A stretch of DNA of 64,000 nucleotides from an uncultured SAR86 cluster bacterium (GTDB taxonomy: Bacteria > Pseudomonadota > Gammaproteobacteria > Magnimaribacterales > D2472). Each line of letters begins with the position of its first letter. Position 1 is the stretch's first letter. The notes beneath the pieces are model-generated. The model had not been told where the DNA came from. It worked only from the letters and a program-made list of their open reading frames with translations, and ran no database searches. The DNA is taken from assembly GCA_902525635.1 (NCBI GenBank), contig CABZHV010000004.1:22859-86858 (forward strand). Direction: 5' to 3'. The translations under genes and the position numbers were made by a program. Shown piece after piece: positions 28,927-38,081 of this stretch.

Positions 28927-30698
28927 TGGGAAAGGAATTTATAACAATTGCAAATTGTAGTGGATTTTATGGTGATAAATTATCTGCAGCAAAAGAAATG
29001 GTTAATGGAGGACCTATTGATGTTCTTACTGGAGATTATCTAGCTGAATTAACTATGGCTATTCTTTTTAGTCAAAAAATGAAAAGAGGTGAAGATAAAG
29101 GTTATGTTGGAACTTTTTTAAAACAAATCAAAGAAATTGCAAAATCTTGCAAAGAGAAAAATATTAAAATTGTCAGTAATGCTGGTGGATTAAATCCGAA
29201 ATCAATGGCGTTAGAAATTGAAAATATTTTAAATGAGCAATCTATAGATATGAAGGTTGCTTATATAGATGGCGATGATTTAATGCCAAAAATTCATGAT
29301 TTAACAAAATTGGGAGAGGAATTCAAAAATATAGAAAAAAATATTAAGTTAAACGACTCAAATTTGTCTCCTTTAACTGCAAATGCATACCTTGGGGCAT
29401 GGGGTATTAAAACAGCTTTAGATAATGGAGCAGATATTGTTGTTTGTCCAAGAGTTACGGATGCTGCAGTAGTAATCGGTCCCGCAGCTTGGAAATTTGA
29501 ATGGGACAGAAATAATTATGACGCTTTAGCAGGAGCACTTGCTGCTGGCCATATCATTGAATGTGGTTGTCAGGCAACTGGTGGAAATTATGCGTTCTTT
29601 AAGGAAGTTCCTAGCTTTGATAATGTGGGCTATCCAATTGCTGAGATATACAAAGATGGGAGTTTTAATATTACAAAACATCCTGACACAGGTGGTTTGG
29701 TTTCTGAAGGTACTGTGACTGCTCAACTTTTATATGAAATAAGCTCGCCAGCTTATATAAATCCAGACGTTATAGCTCACTTTGATACATTAAAAATTAA
29801 ACAGATTGAAAAAGATAAAGTTCATGTTTCAGGATGTAGAGGGAGTTCTCCGCCAGATAAACACAAAGTTTGTATTAATCTTGCTGGAGGATTTAGAAAT
29901 GGTATGGAAATCATTCTTACTGGTTTGGATATTGAAGATAAAGCAAAGGTTTTTACAGATGCGTTATTTAAGTCTGTAGGCGGAAAAGAACAATTTGATG
30001 AAGTTTCAATTCAACTTCACAGAACAGACAAAGAAAATCCATCAAGTAATGAGGAAGCAATGGCTTCTTTGCTAGTCTCTGTTAAATCTCAAGATCAAAA
30101 TTTAGTAGGAAGACTTTTTAGTGCAAAAATAATTGAACTTGCTCTTGCAAATATACCAGGTTTTTTTGCGCAGAGCGGAATTAAACCAAGTGGTCCAGTT
30201 ATAGTCTATTGGCCTGCATTAGTAGACAGCAAGCACATTAAAGAAAATGTATATTTTAATGGACATCAGATTGAGGTGTTACCAACAAGTCAACTAGAGT
30301 TTGAAGAGATTTACTATCAAAAAGAGCCTATAAAAATTAAAGATATTGAGACAAAAGATCAAAAAGATATCTATTTTGGTCAAATTTTTGGAACAAGATC
30401 TGGTGACAAAGGAGGTTGTGCGAATCTAGGAGTTTGGGCAAAAAATTCAACTTCATTTGCATTTCTTTATAAATTTTTGACAGTAGAAAAGCTAAAAGAA
30501 CTACTTCCAGATCTAATGCAATTTAAGGTTGAAAGGTTTGAATTAGCTAATATAAACTCACTTAATTTTTACATTCATGACATATTGCAAGATGGTATTT
30601 CATCTAATAACAGAAAAGATGGCCAAGCTAAATCATTAGGTGAGTATTTGAAAGCTAAAAAAGTAAGAGTGCCACAAAGCATTATTGAGGATAATTAA
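28926..30698 (+). CDS. acyclic terpene utilization AtuA family protein (DUF1446-type)
   Basis: 590 aa. N-terminus IANCSGFYGDKLSAAKEMV..GPIDVLTGDYLAELTMA and HIIECGCQATGGNY resemble AtuA/DUF1446 as recalled. Context fits, with carboxylase subunits, TetR and a hydratase nearby. Confidence 0.7.
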   Translation: MGKEFITIANCSGFYGDKLSAAKEMVNGGPIDVLTGDYLAELTMAILFSQKMKRGEDKGYVGTFLKQIKEIAKSCKEKNIKIVSNAGGLNPKSMALEIENILNEQSIDMKVAYIDGDDLMPKIHDLTKLGEEFKNIEKNIKLNDSNLSPLTANAYLGAWGIKTALDNGADIVVCPRVTDAAVVIGPAAWKFEWDRNNYDALAGALAAGHIIECGCQATGGNYAFFKEVPSFDNVGYPIAEIYKDGSFNITKHPDTGGLVSEGTVTAQLLYEISSPAYINPDVIAHFDTLKIKQIEKDKVHVSGCRGSSPPDKHKVCINLAGGFRNGMEIILTGLDIEDKAKVFTDALFKSVGGKEQFDEVSIQLHRTDKENPSSNEEAMASLLVSVKSQDQNLVGRLFSAKIIELALANIPGFFAQSGIKPSGPVIVYWPALVDSKHIKENVYFNGHQIEVLPTSQLEFEEIYYQKEPIKIKDIETKDQKDIYFGQIFGTRSGDKGGCANLGVWAKNSTSFAFLYKFLTVEKLKELLPDLMQFKVERFELANINSLNFYIHDILQDGISSNNRKDGQAKSLGEYLKAKKVRVPQSIIEDN

Positions 30699-30699
30699 A

Positions 30700-31485
30700 A
30701 TGGAAAAGCTATCACTTAAGGGTCTACAGTTTTCAGCAACTGAAATAAATATAAAAAATAATATTATGGAAATTACGCTAAATAGGCCTGAGAAAAAAAA
30801 TGCTTTAAATAGTGTAATGATGAATGAGATTAATTATGCTTTAGCTTATGCAAAACAGGAAGATACTATTCGTGTAGTAATTTTTGCGGCAAAGGGAGAT
30901 ATTTTTTGTGCTGGCGCAGATTTATCTAAACCAAAGTCTGAATCAAATGTACCAAAACTAGAAAATGCTGATGACATAAGTCTTTCTTTAAGACATTTAT
31001 TTAAGCCAGTCATATCTAAAATCCAAGGATCAGTTTTGGCGGGTGCTCTTTTAATTGTATGTAACTCAACTCATGCAATTGCAGTCAAAGAAGCAACCTT
31101 TTCAGCACCAGAAATTCATAGAGGATTATGGCCATTTATGGTCATGGCTGGTTTATTTAGAGTTATGCCTAAAAGAGCAGGTCTTGATTTCATAATGAGA
31201 GGAAAACCTATTGATTCGAAAAAAGCAGAAGAATGGGGTTTGATAAATGAATGTGTTAAAAAGGAAGAACTTGACGAAAAAGTTGATAAACTTGCCTTTG
31301 AGCTTGCGAGTTTAGCGCCTGAAACAATGAAATTTGGTCTTGAGGCTTATGAGAAGCAAGATTCAAAAAGTTTTGATGATGCCCTTCCATACTTAAAAGA
31401 ACAAATTGCTAAGTGTTTTGAAGGAAAAGATGCTAAAGAAGGAATAGCTGCATTTCTTGAAAAAAGGAAACCAAACTGGGACTAA
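30700..31485 (+). CDS. enoyl-CoA hydratase/isomerase (crotonase) family, AtuE/LiuC-like
   Basis: LNRPEKKNAL, FCAGADL and a C-terminal AKEGIAAFLEKRKPNW motif. ATG at 30700 follows the upstream stop (30698); the track start at 30685 is a TTG inside the previous gene. Confidence 0.85.
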   Translation: MEKLSLKGLQFSATEINIKNNIMEITLNRPEKKNALNSVMMNEINYALAYAKQEDTIRVVIFAAKGDIFCAGADLSKPKSESNVPKLENADDISLSLRHLFKPVISKIQGSVLAGALLIVCNSTHAIAVKEATFSAPEIHRGLWPFMVMAGLFRVMPKRAGLDFIMRGKPIDSKKAEEWGLINECVKKEELDEKVDKLAFELASLAPETMKFGLEAYEKQDSKSFDDALPYLKEQIAKCFEGKDAKEGIAAFLEKRKPNWD

Positions 31486-31497
31486 TTAGGAAAAATT

Positions 31498-32724
31498 ATG
31501 AATTTAAATTTTAGTAAAGAGTACAAAGATTTTACTAATGAAGTAAGAGAATTTTGTAAAAAATATTCTGGTATTCATTTCTCAGACTCCACTAAAGTAC
31601 CACTATCGGGTTCATTTAAATCTGGCGAAATTAAAATGAAGAGATCAGATTGGCAAAAGATTCTTATTGAAAAAGGTTATTTTGCAAGATCAATTCCAAA
31701 AGAATACGGAGGTTTTGGTGGAGAAAGTGACATCATTAAAACCAGAATAATTGCAGAAGAATTTGCAAAAGCTAAAATCCCTCCTCCAATGGGTGGTCAG
31801 GGTATAGACATGTTAGTTCCAACACTTTTAGAACTTGGCACTGAGGAGCAAAAGCAAAAATATGTAAAATCGACACTGCTTGGCGAAATTATTTGGTGTC
31901 AAGGCTACTCAGAGCCAAATGCTGGCAGTGATCTTGCAAATCTACAAACAAAAGGAGAATTAATAAATGGAAACTGGGTAATAAACGGTCAAAAAATCTG
32001 GACCAGTACTGCTCAGTATTCACAAATGATGTTTTGTTTGGTCAGAACTGAACCTGATGCATCAAAACATGCTGGAATAAGCTACTTACTAATTCCAATG
32101 GATACTCCTGGAATTGAGGTAAGACCATTAGTTGATATGACGCTTAATGCTGGATTCAATGAAGTATTTTTTACAGATGTAATAATTCCAGAGAATAATA
32201 TTGTTGGCAAACGTGGTGAAGGCTGGGCTGTGGCAAATGCAACACTTAGTCATGAAAGAGGCTCTCTTTCTGATCCTAACGCTATGATGAACAGATTGAA
32301 ATCTCTTATTGAAAGAATGAAAAAAGAAACTATAAATGGTGAATTAGCTATTAATAATCCAGTATACAGAGATAAATTGATGAAAATTCAAGGAAAAGTT
32401 ATTGCTTTTCAATCTAATTCTTTGAGAGTTTTATCAGCAAAACTAAATAAAAATCAGGATGTGAAGATTGCTGGAATGATACAAAAACTCGTTGGTACTG
32501 AATTGAGACATGAGCTTGAGGGTTTTGCAATAGATATTATGGGTGAATTAGGAACACTTTATGAAAATAGTCCAAATATAAGAGATGGTGGTTCATGGCA
32601 AGTCGCATACATGTATTTTCTTGGATTGATAATTGGAGGTGGTACTAGTCAAATACAAAAAAATATTATCTCAGAAAGAGGTCTTGGTATGCCAAAAGAA
32701 CCAAAGATGCCTCAAGGAGCATAA
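31498..32724 (+). CDS. acyl-CoA dehydrogenase, alpha-type subunit (IVD-position catalytic Glu)
   Basis: 408 aa. WCQGYSEPNAGSDLANL, TLSHERGSL (Glu at the IVD-equivalent position) and C-terminal IIGGGTSQIQKNIISERGLGMPKEP (Gly at the MCAD Glu position). Confidence 0.85.
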   Translation: MNLNFSKEYKDFTNEVREFCKKYSGIHFSDSTKVPLSGSFKSGEIKMKRSDWQKILIEKGYFARSIPKEYGGFGGESDIIKTRIIAEEFAKAKIPPPMGGQGIDMLVPTLLELGTEEQKQKYVKSTLLGEIIWCQGYSEPNAGSDLANLQTKGELINGNWVINGQKIWTSTAQYSQMMFCLVRTEPDASKHAGISYLLIPMDTPGIEVRPLVDMTLNAGFNEVFFTDVIIPENNIVGKRGEGWAVANATLSHERGSLSDPNAMMNRLKSLIERMKKETINGELAINNPVYRDKLMKIQGKVIAFQSNSLRVLSAKLNKNQDVKIAGMIQKLVGTELRHELEGFAIDIMGELGTLYENSPNIRDGGSWQVAYMYFLGLIIGGGTSQIQKNIISERGLGMPKEPKMPQGA

Positions 32725-32725
32725 T

Positions 32726-33814
32726 ATGTATTTTGGATTATCTGATGACCAAATTTTCTTTCAAGATAACGTTAAAAAATTTCTTGAAGATACTTCTCCT
32801 ATAGATGTCATAAGAAAGGTTGTAAACGGACAGGATAAATCTTGCAAAGATGATTTGCATAAGGGCATTGTAAACCTTGGCATAAATAATATTTTAATTC
32901 CTGAGGAAAATGGTGGTCTTGGACTTGACTTACTTTTTGCTACTGCGGTCTCGCAAAGTCTTGGAGAAGGTGTTGCAACTCTTCCATTTATTGGATCTTA
33001 CGTAATGGCTCCTATATCAATTAAATATGGCGCCAACGATAGTCAGCAAAAATTTTATTTTGGTGAAATGTCAAAGAATTCAATTAATTTTAGTGTTGGA
33101 TTTTCTGAATTCTTTGGATCAAGAAATGAATCAAATTTAGTTTTTTCAGGGAATAGAGTAAATGGAAGAACTTTTTTTGTAATTGATAATGATTATGCAA
33201 CACATGTGATGTTATCTGATAAAAAGGGTCAAATAGGAGTTGTTAACCTTAAATCAGCAGGAATAAAAGAAGTTGATTTAACAACAGTTGATAAAACCAG
33301 AATTTTTAGAGAAATTTGTTTTCATAATACTGAAATTGATATTCTTGAAAATACCATGGATTCAAAAGAAGCTATAAGCAATTCAATTGATGCAGGTAGA
33401 ATAGTTACTGCTGCAGATTCACTTGGCGCATCGAAAGCTATGATTGATAAAGCTGTAGATTACTCCAAAGATAGAAAACAATTTAATAGAGTAATTGGTT
33501 CATTCCAAGCAGTTAAGCATATGTGTGCAGAAATGGCCTCTGAATTAGAACCATGTTATTCATTAGTTTGGCATGCAGCACATTCATTTGATTCCAACGA
33601 TGATGATAAAAAGCTTATGGCATGTCATGCCAAGTCTCATACTTCGGATGTTTCTAAAATGATTTCAAAAAAAGCAACCGAAGTTCACGGTGGAATGGGA
33701 TTTACAGACTTGTTAGGATTACATTATTGGTTCAAAAGAATTGGTGTTAATAGACAAATCTTAGGTACGCCAGATTTAATTAGAGAAGAAGCTGCTAAAG
33801 CACAGAATTTATAG
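32726..33814 (+). CDS. acyl-CoA dehydrogenase family protein, beta-type subunit (no catalytic Glu at either canonical position)
   Basis: Start moved to the ATG at 32726 (MYFGLSDDQ), 1 nt after the upstream stop; the track ORF 32633 overlaps the previous gene by 92 nt. SIDAGRIV replaces ER, and RQILGTP replaces YEGT. Confidence 0.8.
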   Translation: MYFGLSDDQIFFQDNVKKFLEDTSPIDVIRKVVNGQDKSCKDDLHKGIVNLGINNILIPEENGGLGLDLLFATAVSQSLGEGVATLPFIGSYVMAPISIKYGANDSQQKFYFGEMSKNSINFSVGFSEFFGSRNESNLVFSGNRVNGRTFFVIDNDYATHVMLSDKKGQIGVVNLKSAGIKEVDLTTVDKTRIFREICFHNTEIDILENTMDSKEAISNSIDAGRIVTAADSLGASKAMIDKAVDYSKDRKQFNRVIGSFQAVKHMCAEMASELEPCYSLVWHAAHSFDSNDDDKKLMACHAKSHTSDVSKMISKKATEVHGGMGFTDLLGLHYWFKRIGVNRQILGTPDLIREEAAKAQNL

Positions 33815-33821
33815 TTATTAA

Positions 33822-35849
33822 ATGAATATAAAATTAATATTTTTGTTATGTTGTGGGTTTGTATTTGCAAACGAATATGAATTCATTGAATTAAGCAATA
33901 ACAAAGAGAAATTGAGTAAGGAGATTTTTAAAAAACTTGAAAGAGAGCACTACCTTAAGGAATTCAATAAAGATAATTTTAATAAAAGATATTTTGAAGC
34001 AATCATAGAAAAATTAGATGAAAGTAAAAATTTATTCATTAAAGATGAAATAGAATTGTACCTTAAAAGATCAGAGCTTTATGATGGTTATTTTGATATT
34101 GAATTAGCTTATGAGCTAATTAATTTATACTTTGAAAGATTAACGTATTTTTTAAAATATCAAATTGATCTAATCATAAAAAATCAGTTTGATCTCTTAA
34201 AGGATGAATATCTTGATATCTATTATGAAGATAACGAATGGCAATCTAGTTTTGGCGACTTAAAAGAGTTATGGAGACTCGAAACAAAAAATGACCTTTT
34301 AGTTGCAAGATTATCAGACTCTTCAAGTTCTAAACCACTAGTTGATTTAAGGAAAAGGTATGAAAACAGAATAAGAAGAATCAATCAGCAAAAAGAGGAA
34401 GATATATTTTCGTTGGCTATTAATATTTTAACTAATCAATTTGATCCTCATTCCTCTTACTTATCACCAAGATCTGCAGAAGATTTTGATGTAAATATGA
34501 GTTTAAAGTTGAATGGTATTGGTGCACTCCTTGGAACAGAAGACGACTACACCAAAATTATAAGTTTAGTTCCTGGTGGTCCAGCTGAAAAATCTGGAAA
34601 AATTAATCCTGAGGACAAAATAACTAAAATTAGACAAATTGGATCAAAAGAATATAAAGATGTGGTTGGCTGGAGAATTGATGAAGTTGTTGACTTAATC
34701 AGAGGAGAAGCTGGTAGTGAAGTTGAAATTGAATTCATATCATTCAATTCAGATGACGATTCAACTAAATTAATAACTTTAAAAAGAGAAGAAATAAAAC
34801 TTGAGGACAGAGCTGCAAAATCAAAAATTATTGATATTGGTGATAATAAAATTGGAATAATTGATCTGCCCTCTTTTTATATAGATTTTAATGATTATCA
34901 AAAAAGGGTTGAAGATTATAGAAGCAGCAGTAATGATGTTAAGAGTATCTTAAATGATTTTAATCAATCAGATGTAGATGCTTTAATATTGGATTTAAGA
35001 AATAATGGTGGTGGTGCACTCATCGAAGCAAACAAAATTATAGGATTATTTGTGTCTTCAGGTCCCACAGTTCAAGTGAAGCAAAGTAGAGGATATATTC
35101 AACCATATGGCTCTTCAAGAGCTGTCCAAGTTTGGAGTAAGCCTTTGTTAGTTCTAGTTAATCGTTACTCAGCGTCAGCCTCAGAGATTGTTGCTGGTGC
35201 AATTCAAGATTACAGAAGAGGTATTATTGTTGGGCAAAGAACATTTGGCAAAGGTACTGTTCAAAGTCTGGAAAATTTATCAGAGGGACAAGTTAAAATT
35301 ACGGAATCTAAGTATTACAGAGTAAATGGAATGAGCACTCAAAATAAAGGTGTGCTTCCTGATATTCAACTACCAGTCACTTGGGATATCGACTCAGTTG
35401 GAGAAAGCTCATACCCTACTGCAATGGAATGGGATGTAATAAGACCATATAGACATAATAAATTTAATATTGATTCAAATATTTTTAATGAGGTAGTTGC
35501 AAACTATGAGTATAGGCTCAATGAGGAACCAAATCTAAATTATCTTAAAAAAGTCAGAGACAGATATGACTTAAATAAAAATAAAAGAAAGTTAAGCCTA
35601 AATTTAAATGAAAGAAAAATTCAGAAAGAATTAAGAAAAGATTGGCTCCTTCAAATTGAGAATGAAAGAAGACAGAAGGCTGGCCTTACAATTTATTCTT
35701 CATACGAAGAGATGCAGGAATCGAGTGATACTGGTATAACTAATAGTTCAATAAATCTAGATGATGATTATCAATTAATTGAATCAACTAATATTATTAA
35801 TGATTACATTGAATTAAATAAAAAGTTTGCTTTGTCATCTATAAAATAA
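33822..35849 (+). CDS. prc: carboxy-terminal processing (tail-specific) protease, S41 family
   Basis: 675 aa. Signal peptide, PDZ region (GIGALLG), DLRNNGGG, SASASEI (Ser) and GQRTFGKGTVQ (Lys). Confidence 0.9.
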   Translation: MNIKLIFLLCCGFVFANEYEFIELSNNKEKLSKEIFKKLEREHYLKEFNKDNFNKRYFEAIIEKLDESKNLFIKDEIELYLKRSELYDGYFDIELAYELINLYFERLTYFLKYQIDLIIKNQFDLLKDEYLDIYYEDNEWQSSFGDLKELWRLETKNDLLVARLSDSSSSKPLVDLRKRYENRIRRINQQKEEDIFSLAINILTNQFDPHSSYLSPRSAEDFDVNMSLKLNGIGALLGTEDDYTKIISLVPGGPAEKSGKINPEDKITKIRQIGSKEYKDVVGWRIDEVVDLIRGEAGSEVEIEFISFNSDDDSTKLITLKREEIKLEDRAAKSKIIDIGDNKIGIIDLPSFYIDFNDYQKRVEDYRSSSNDVKSILNDFNQSDVDALILDLRNNGGGALIEANKIIGLFVSSGPTVQVKQSRGYIQPYGSSRAVQVWSKPLLVLVNRYSASASEIVAGAIQDYRRGIIVGQRTFGKGTVQSLENLSEGQVKITESKYYRVNGMSTQNKGVLPDIQLPVTWDIDSVGESSYPTAMEWDVIRPYRHNKFNIDSNIFNEVVANYEYRLNEEPNLNYLKKVRDRYDLNKNKRKLSLNLNERKIQKELRKDWLLQIENERRQKAGLTIYSSYEEMQESSDTGITNSSINLDDDYQLIESTNIINDYIELNKKFALSSIK

Positions 35850-35850
35850 T

Positions 35851-36663
35851 ATGAAAATTGTGTCTTTTAACATCAATAGCATTAGAGCAAGACCCCATCA
35901 AATTGAACATATACGAGATACTATAGATCCTGATGTAATAGGACTTCAAGAAACAAAGGTAAACGATCCGGAGTTCCCATTAGAAGTAATCAATGAAATT
36001 GGTTATCACGCTGAGTTTTGGGGTCAGAAAGGACACTATGGAGTAGCCATCTTAAGTAAAGTCCCACCAATTGAAACTTTTAAAGGCTTTGTTAATGATA
36101 CTGAAGAGGATCAGAAAAGATTCATTCAATCTAAGTTTAACTTTGGTAATGAAGAATTATTAATAATGAATGGCTATTTTCCACAAGGTGAGAACATAAA
36201 TCATGAAACAAAATTTCCTAAAAAAGTTAAATACTACAGTGACTTAGAGTCGCATATTCTCAACCTTAAAAAATCAAACTCTAATTTAATAGTAATGGGA
36301 GATTTTAATGTCTCACCAGAAGATATAGATATTGGAATTGGGGAAGAAAATGCAAAAAGATGGTTAAGAGATGGAAAAACATCATTTCAACCTCAAGAGA
36401 GAGAAATGTGGAATAAGATCAAAAATTTAGGCTTTGTTGATACATGGAGAGAAAAATATCCAAAAGAGTCATCTATTTATTCATGGTTTGATTATAGGTC
36501 TAGAATGTTTGATCAGGATCCGAAAAAAGGATTAAGAATTGACCATATTTTACTTTCTGAGAATTTAAAAATGAACATCAAGGATGTTGGTATTGACTAT
36601 AATTCCCGTGCAATGGAAAAGCCATCAGATCATTGCCCAGTTTGGTTAGAGTTAAATGAATGA
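35851..36663 (+). CDS. xthA: exodeoxyribonuclease III
   Basis: 270 aa with MKIVSFNINSIRAR, LQETK, GDFN and SDHCPVW motifs. Confidence 0.93.
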   Translation: MKIVSFNINSIRARPHQIEHIRDTIDPDVIGLQETKVNDPEFPLEVINEIGYHAEFWGQKGHYGVAILSKVPPIETFKGFVNDTEEDQKRFIQSKFNFGNEELLIMNGYFPQGENINHETKFPKKVKYYSDLESHILNLKKSNSNLIVMGDFNVSPEDIDIGIGEENAKRWLRDGKTSFQPQEREMWNKIKNLGFVDTWREKYPKESSIYSWFDYRSRMFDQDPKKGLRIDHILLSENLKMNIKDVGIDYNSRAMEKPSDHCPVWLELNE

Positions 36664-37093
36664 TATTTCATTTAAACAACCAGAAAATCAAGAAGAATTC
36701 ATAAAATATAATCTTTTTAGATGGGAAATATTAAGAAAGCCTATTGGAAAATCAATCGAATCCTTAAAAGATGATTATGAGGATTCCAGTTTTCATCTAA
36801 TTGGAGTCAAAAAAGAACAAATTGTAGGTTGTGGTAGGCTGCATTTTAACAACCCAAATGAAGCGCAAATTAGGTATATGGCTGTTGATAAAAAATATCA
36901 GAGAAATGGTGTTGGTAAAGAAGTCATAAGATTACTTGAAAAAGAAGCTAAAAGACAAAATGCAAAAAAAATTATTTTAAATGCTAGGGATCACGTATTA
37001 GATTTTTATAAAAAATTTGGTTACATAGCGGTCAAAAAATATGATGGTTCTGATACTGGTATCCCTCATACAACAATGGAAAAAATTATATGA
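36656..37093 (+). CDS. GNAT family N-acetyltransferase
   Basis: 145 aa with acetyl-CoA binding motif RYMAVDKKYQRNGVGKEV. Overlaps xthA by 8 nt. Confidence 0.8.
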   Translation: MNDISFKQPENQEEFIKYNLFRWEILRKPIGKSIESLKDDYEDSSFHLIGVKKEQIVGCGRLHFNNPNEAQIRYMAVDKKYQRNGVGKEVIRLLEKEAKRQNAKKIILNARDHVLDFYKKFGYIAVKKYDGSDTGIPHTTMEKII

Positions 37094-37552
37094 TTACCTC
37101 TTTTGTATAAAAAAACTTTTAAGTAGCTTTGAGCTTTCCTCTTCATATAACCCATATTTATATTTGATCTTATGATTTAAAGCCTTATTCTCAAGAAAGT
37201 TATCAATTGAACACAAACTACCTGTTTTAGGTTCTTTAGTTGCAAATATTATCCAGCTCAATCTTGCATCAATAATTGCTTTCGCACACATATGACAAGG
37301 CTCTAGAGTTACAAAAATAGAACATCCATTTAATCTATAATTGCCTATCTTGCGGGAAGCAGATTTAAGCGCGTTTATTTCTGCATGAGCGGTAACATCA
37401 TTGCTTTCAATTACACTATTGCATCCCCTTCCTATTATTTCATTATCTTTGACAATAACCGCACCGACAGGGACTTCTTTATGTTCGAATGATTGTCTGG
37501 CTAGGTCCATTGCAGACTCCATAAAGAATTTATCTAGGTCTGTAAAAACCAT
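37094..37552 (-). CDS. tadA: tRNA adenosine(34) deaminase
   Basis: 152 aa with HAEINAL and TLEPCHMCAKA (PCxxC) deaminase zinc motifs. Confidence 0.92.
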   Translation of the reverse strand: MVFTDLDKFFMESAMDLARQSFEHKEVPVGAVIVKDNEIIGRGCNSVIESNDVTAHAEINALKSASRKIGNYRLNGCSIFVTLEPCHMCAKAIIDARLSWIIFATKEPKTGSLCSIDNFLENKALNHKIKYKYGLYEEESSKLLKSFFIQKR

Positions 37553-37554
37553 AT

Positions 37555-38079
37555 TTAGTAAAGTTCAATAGCTGCAATATCTAATTGAGCTGAAAAATCT
37601 TTACCGTAAGCAACCAAGCCAATGGATCTTATGTTAGTTGAACCAAGTAACTTATTTCCATTTCTAGAATACTTAAAATTTTTAATTGGTAATTCAATAG
37701 TTTTCCATTCATCAGTTACATAAAATTCTGAATAAAAATAATTCCATGGCAGCATTCTTGGAGCTCTTAAATGAATGAAATATGCATTATTATTCCCTCT
37801 AACTTTTAATCGAATTCCATCAAAATTATTGCTATTGATATTCATTTTGACTCTTGACTGAATAAATCCACCATTATTTTCAGTACTAACATTGCCTTCA
37901 AGTCTATAAAAAGTCTCTCCATCTTCTTCAATTTCATAAAAATTCACCTCTGATATTCCGCCCATAACTTGATCAGAGATTGCGGTCCATTCCGCCCTCA
38001 CATCGTTAAGGTTATCTATAATCATTGATGAAAGATTTAAGGTTAAAAGTGATAGCAAGATTGAAAAAAATATTATCAA
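37555..38079 (-). CDS. CIA30 (complex I intermediate-associated protein 30) domain protein, secreted
   Basis: 174 aa with an N-terminal signal-like helix. W..ISDQVMGGISE is characteristic of the CIA30 domain. Confidence 0.65.
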   Translation of the reverse strand: MIIFFSILLSLLTLNLSSMIIDNLNDVRAEWTAISDQVMGGISEVNFYEIEEDGETFYRLEGNVSTENNGGFIQSRVKMNINSNNFDGIRLKVRGNNNAYFIHLRAPRMLPWNYFYSEFYVTDEWKTIELPIKNFKYSRNGNKLLGSTNIRSIGLVAYGKDFSAQLDIAAIELY

Positions 38080-38081
38080 AA

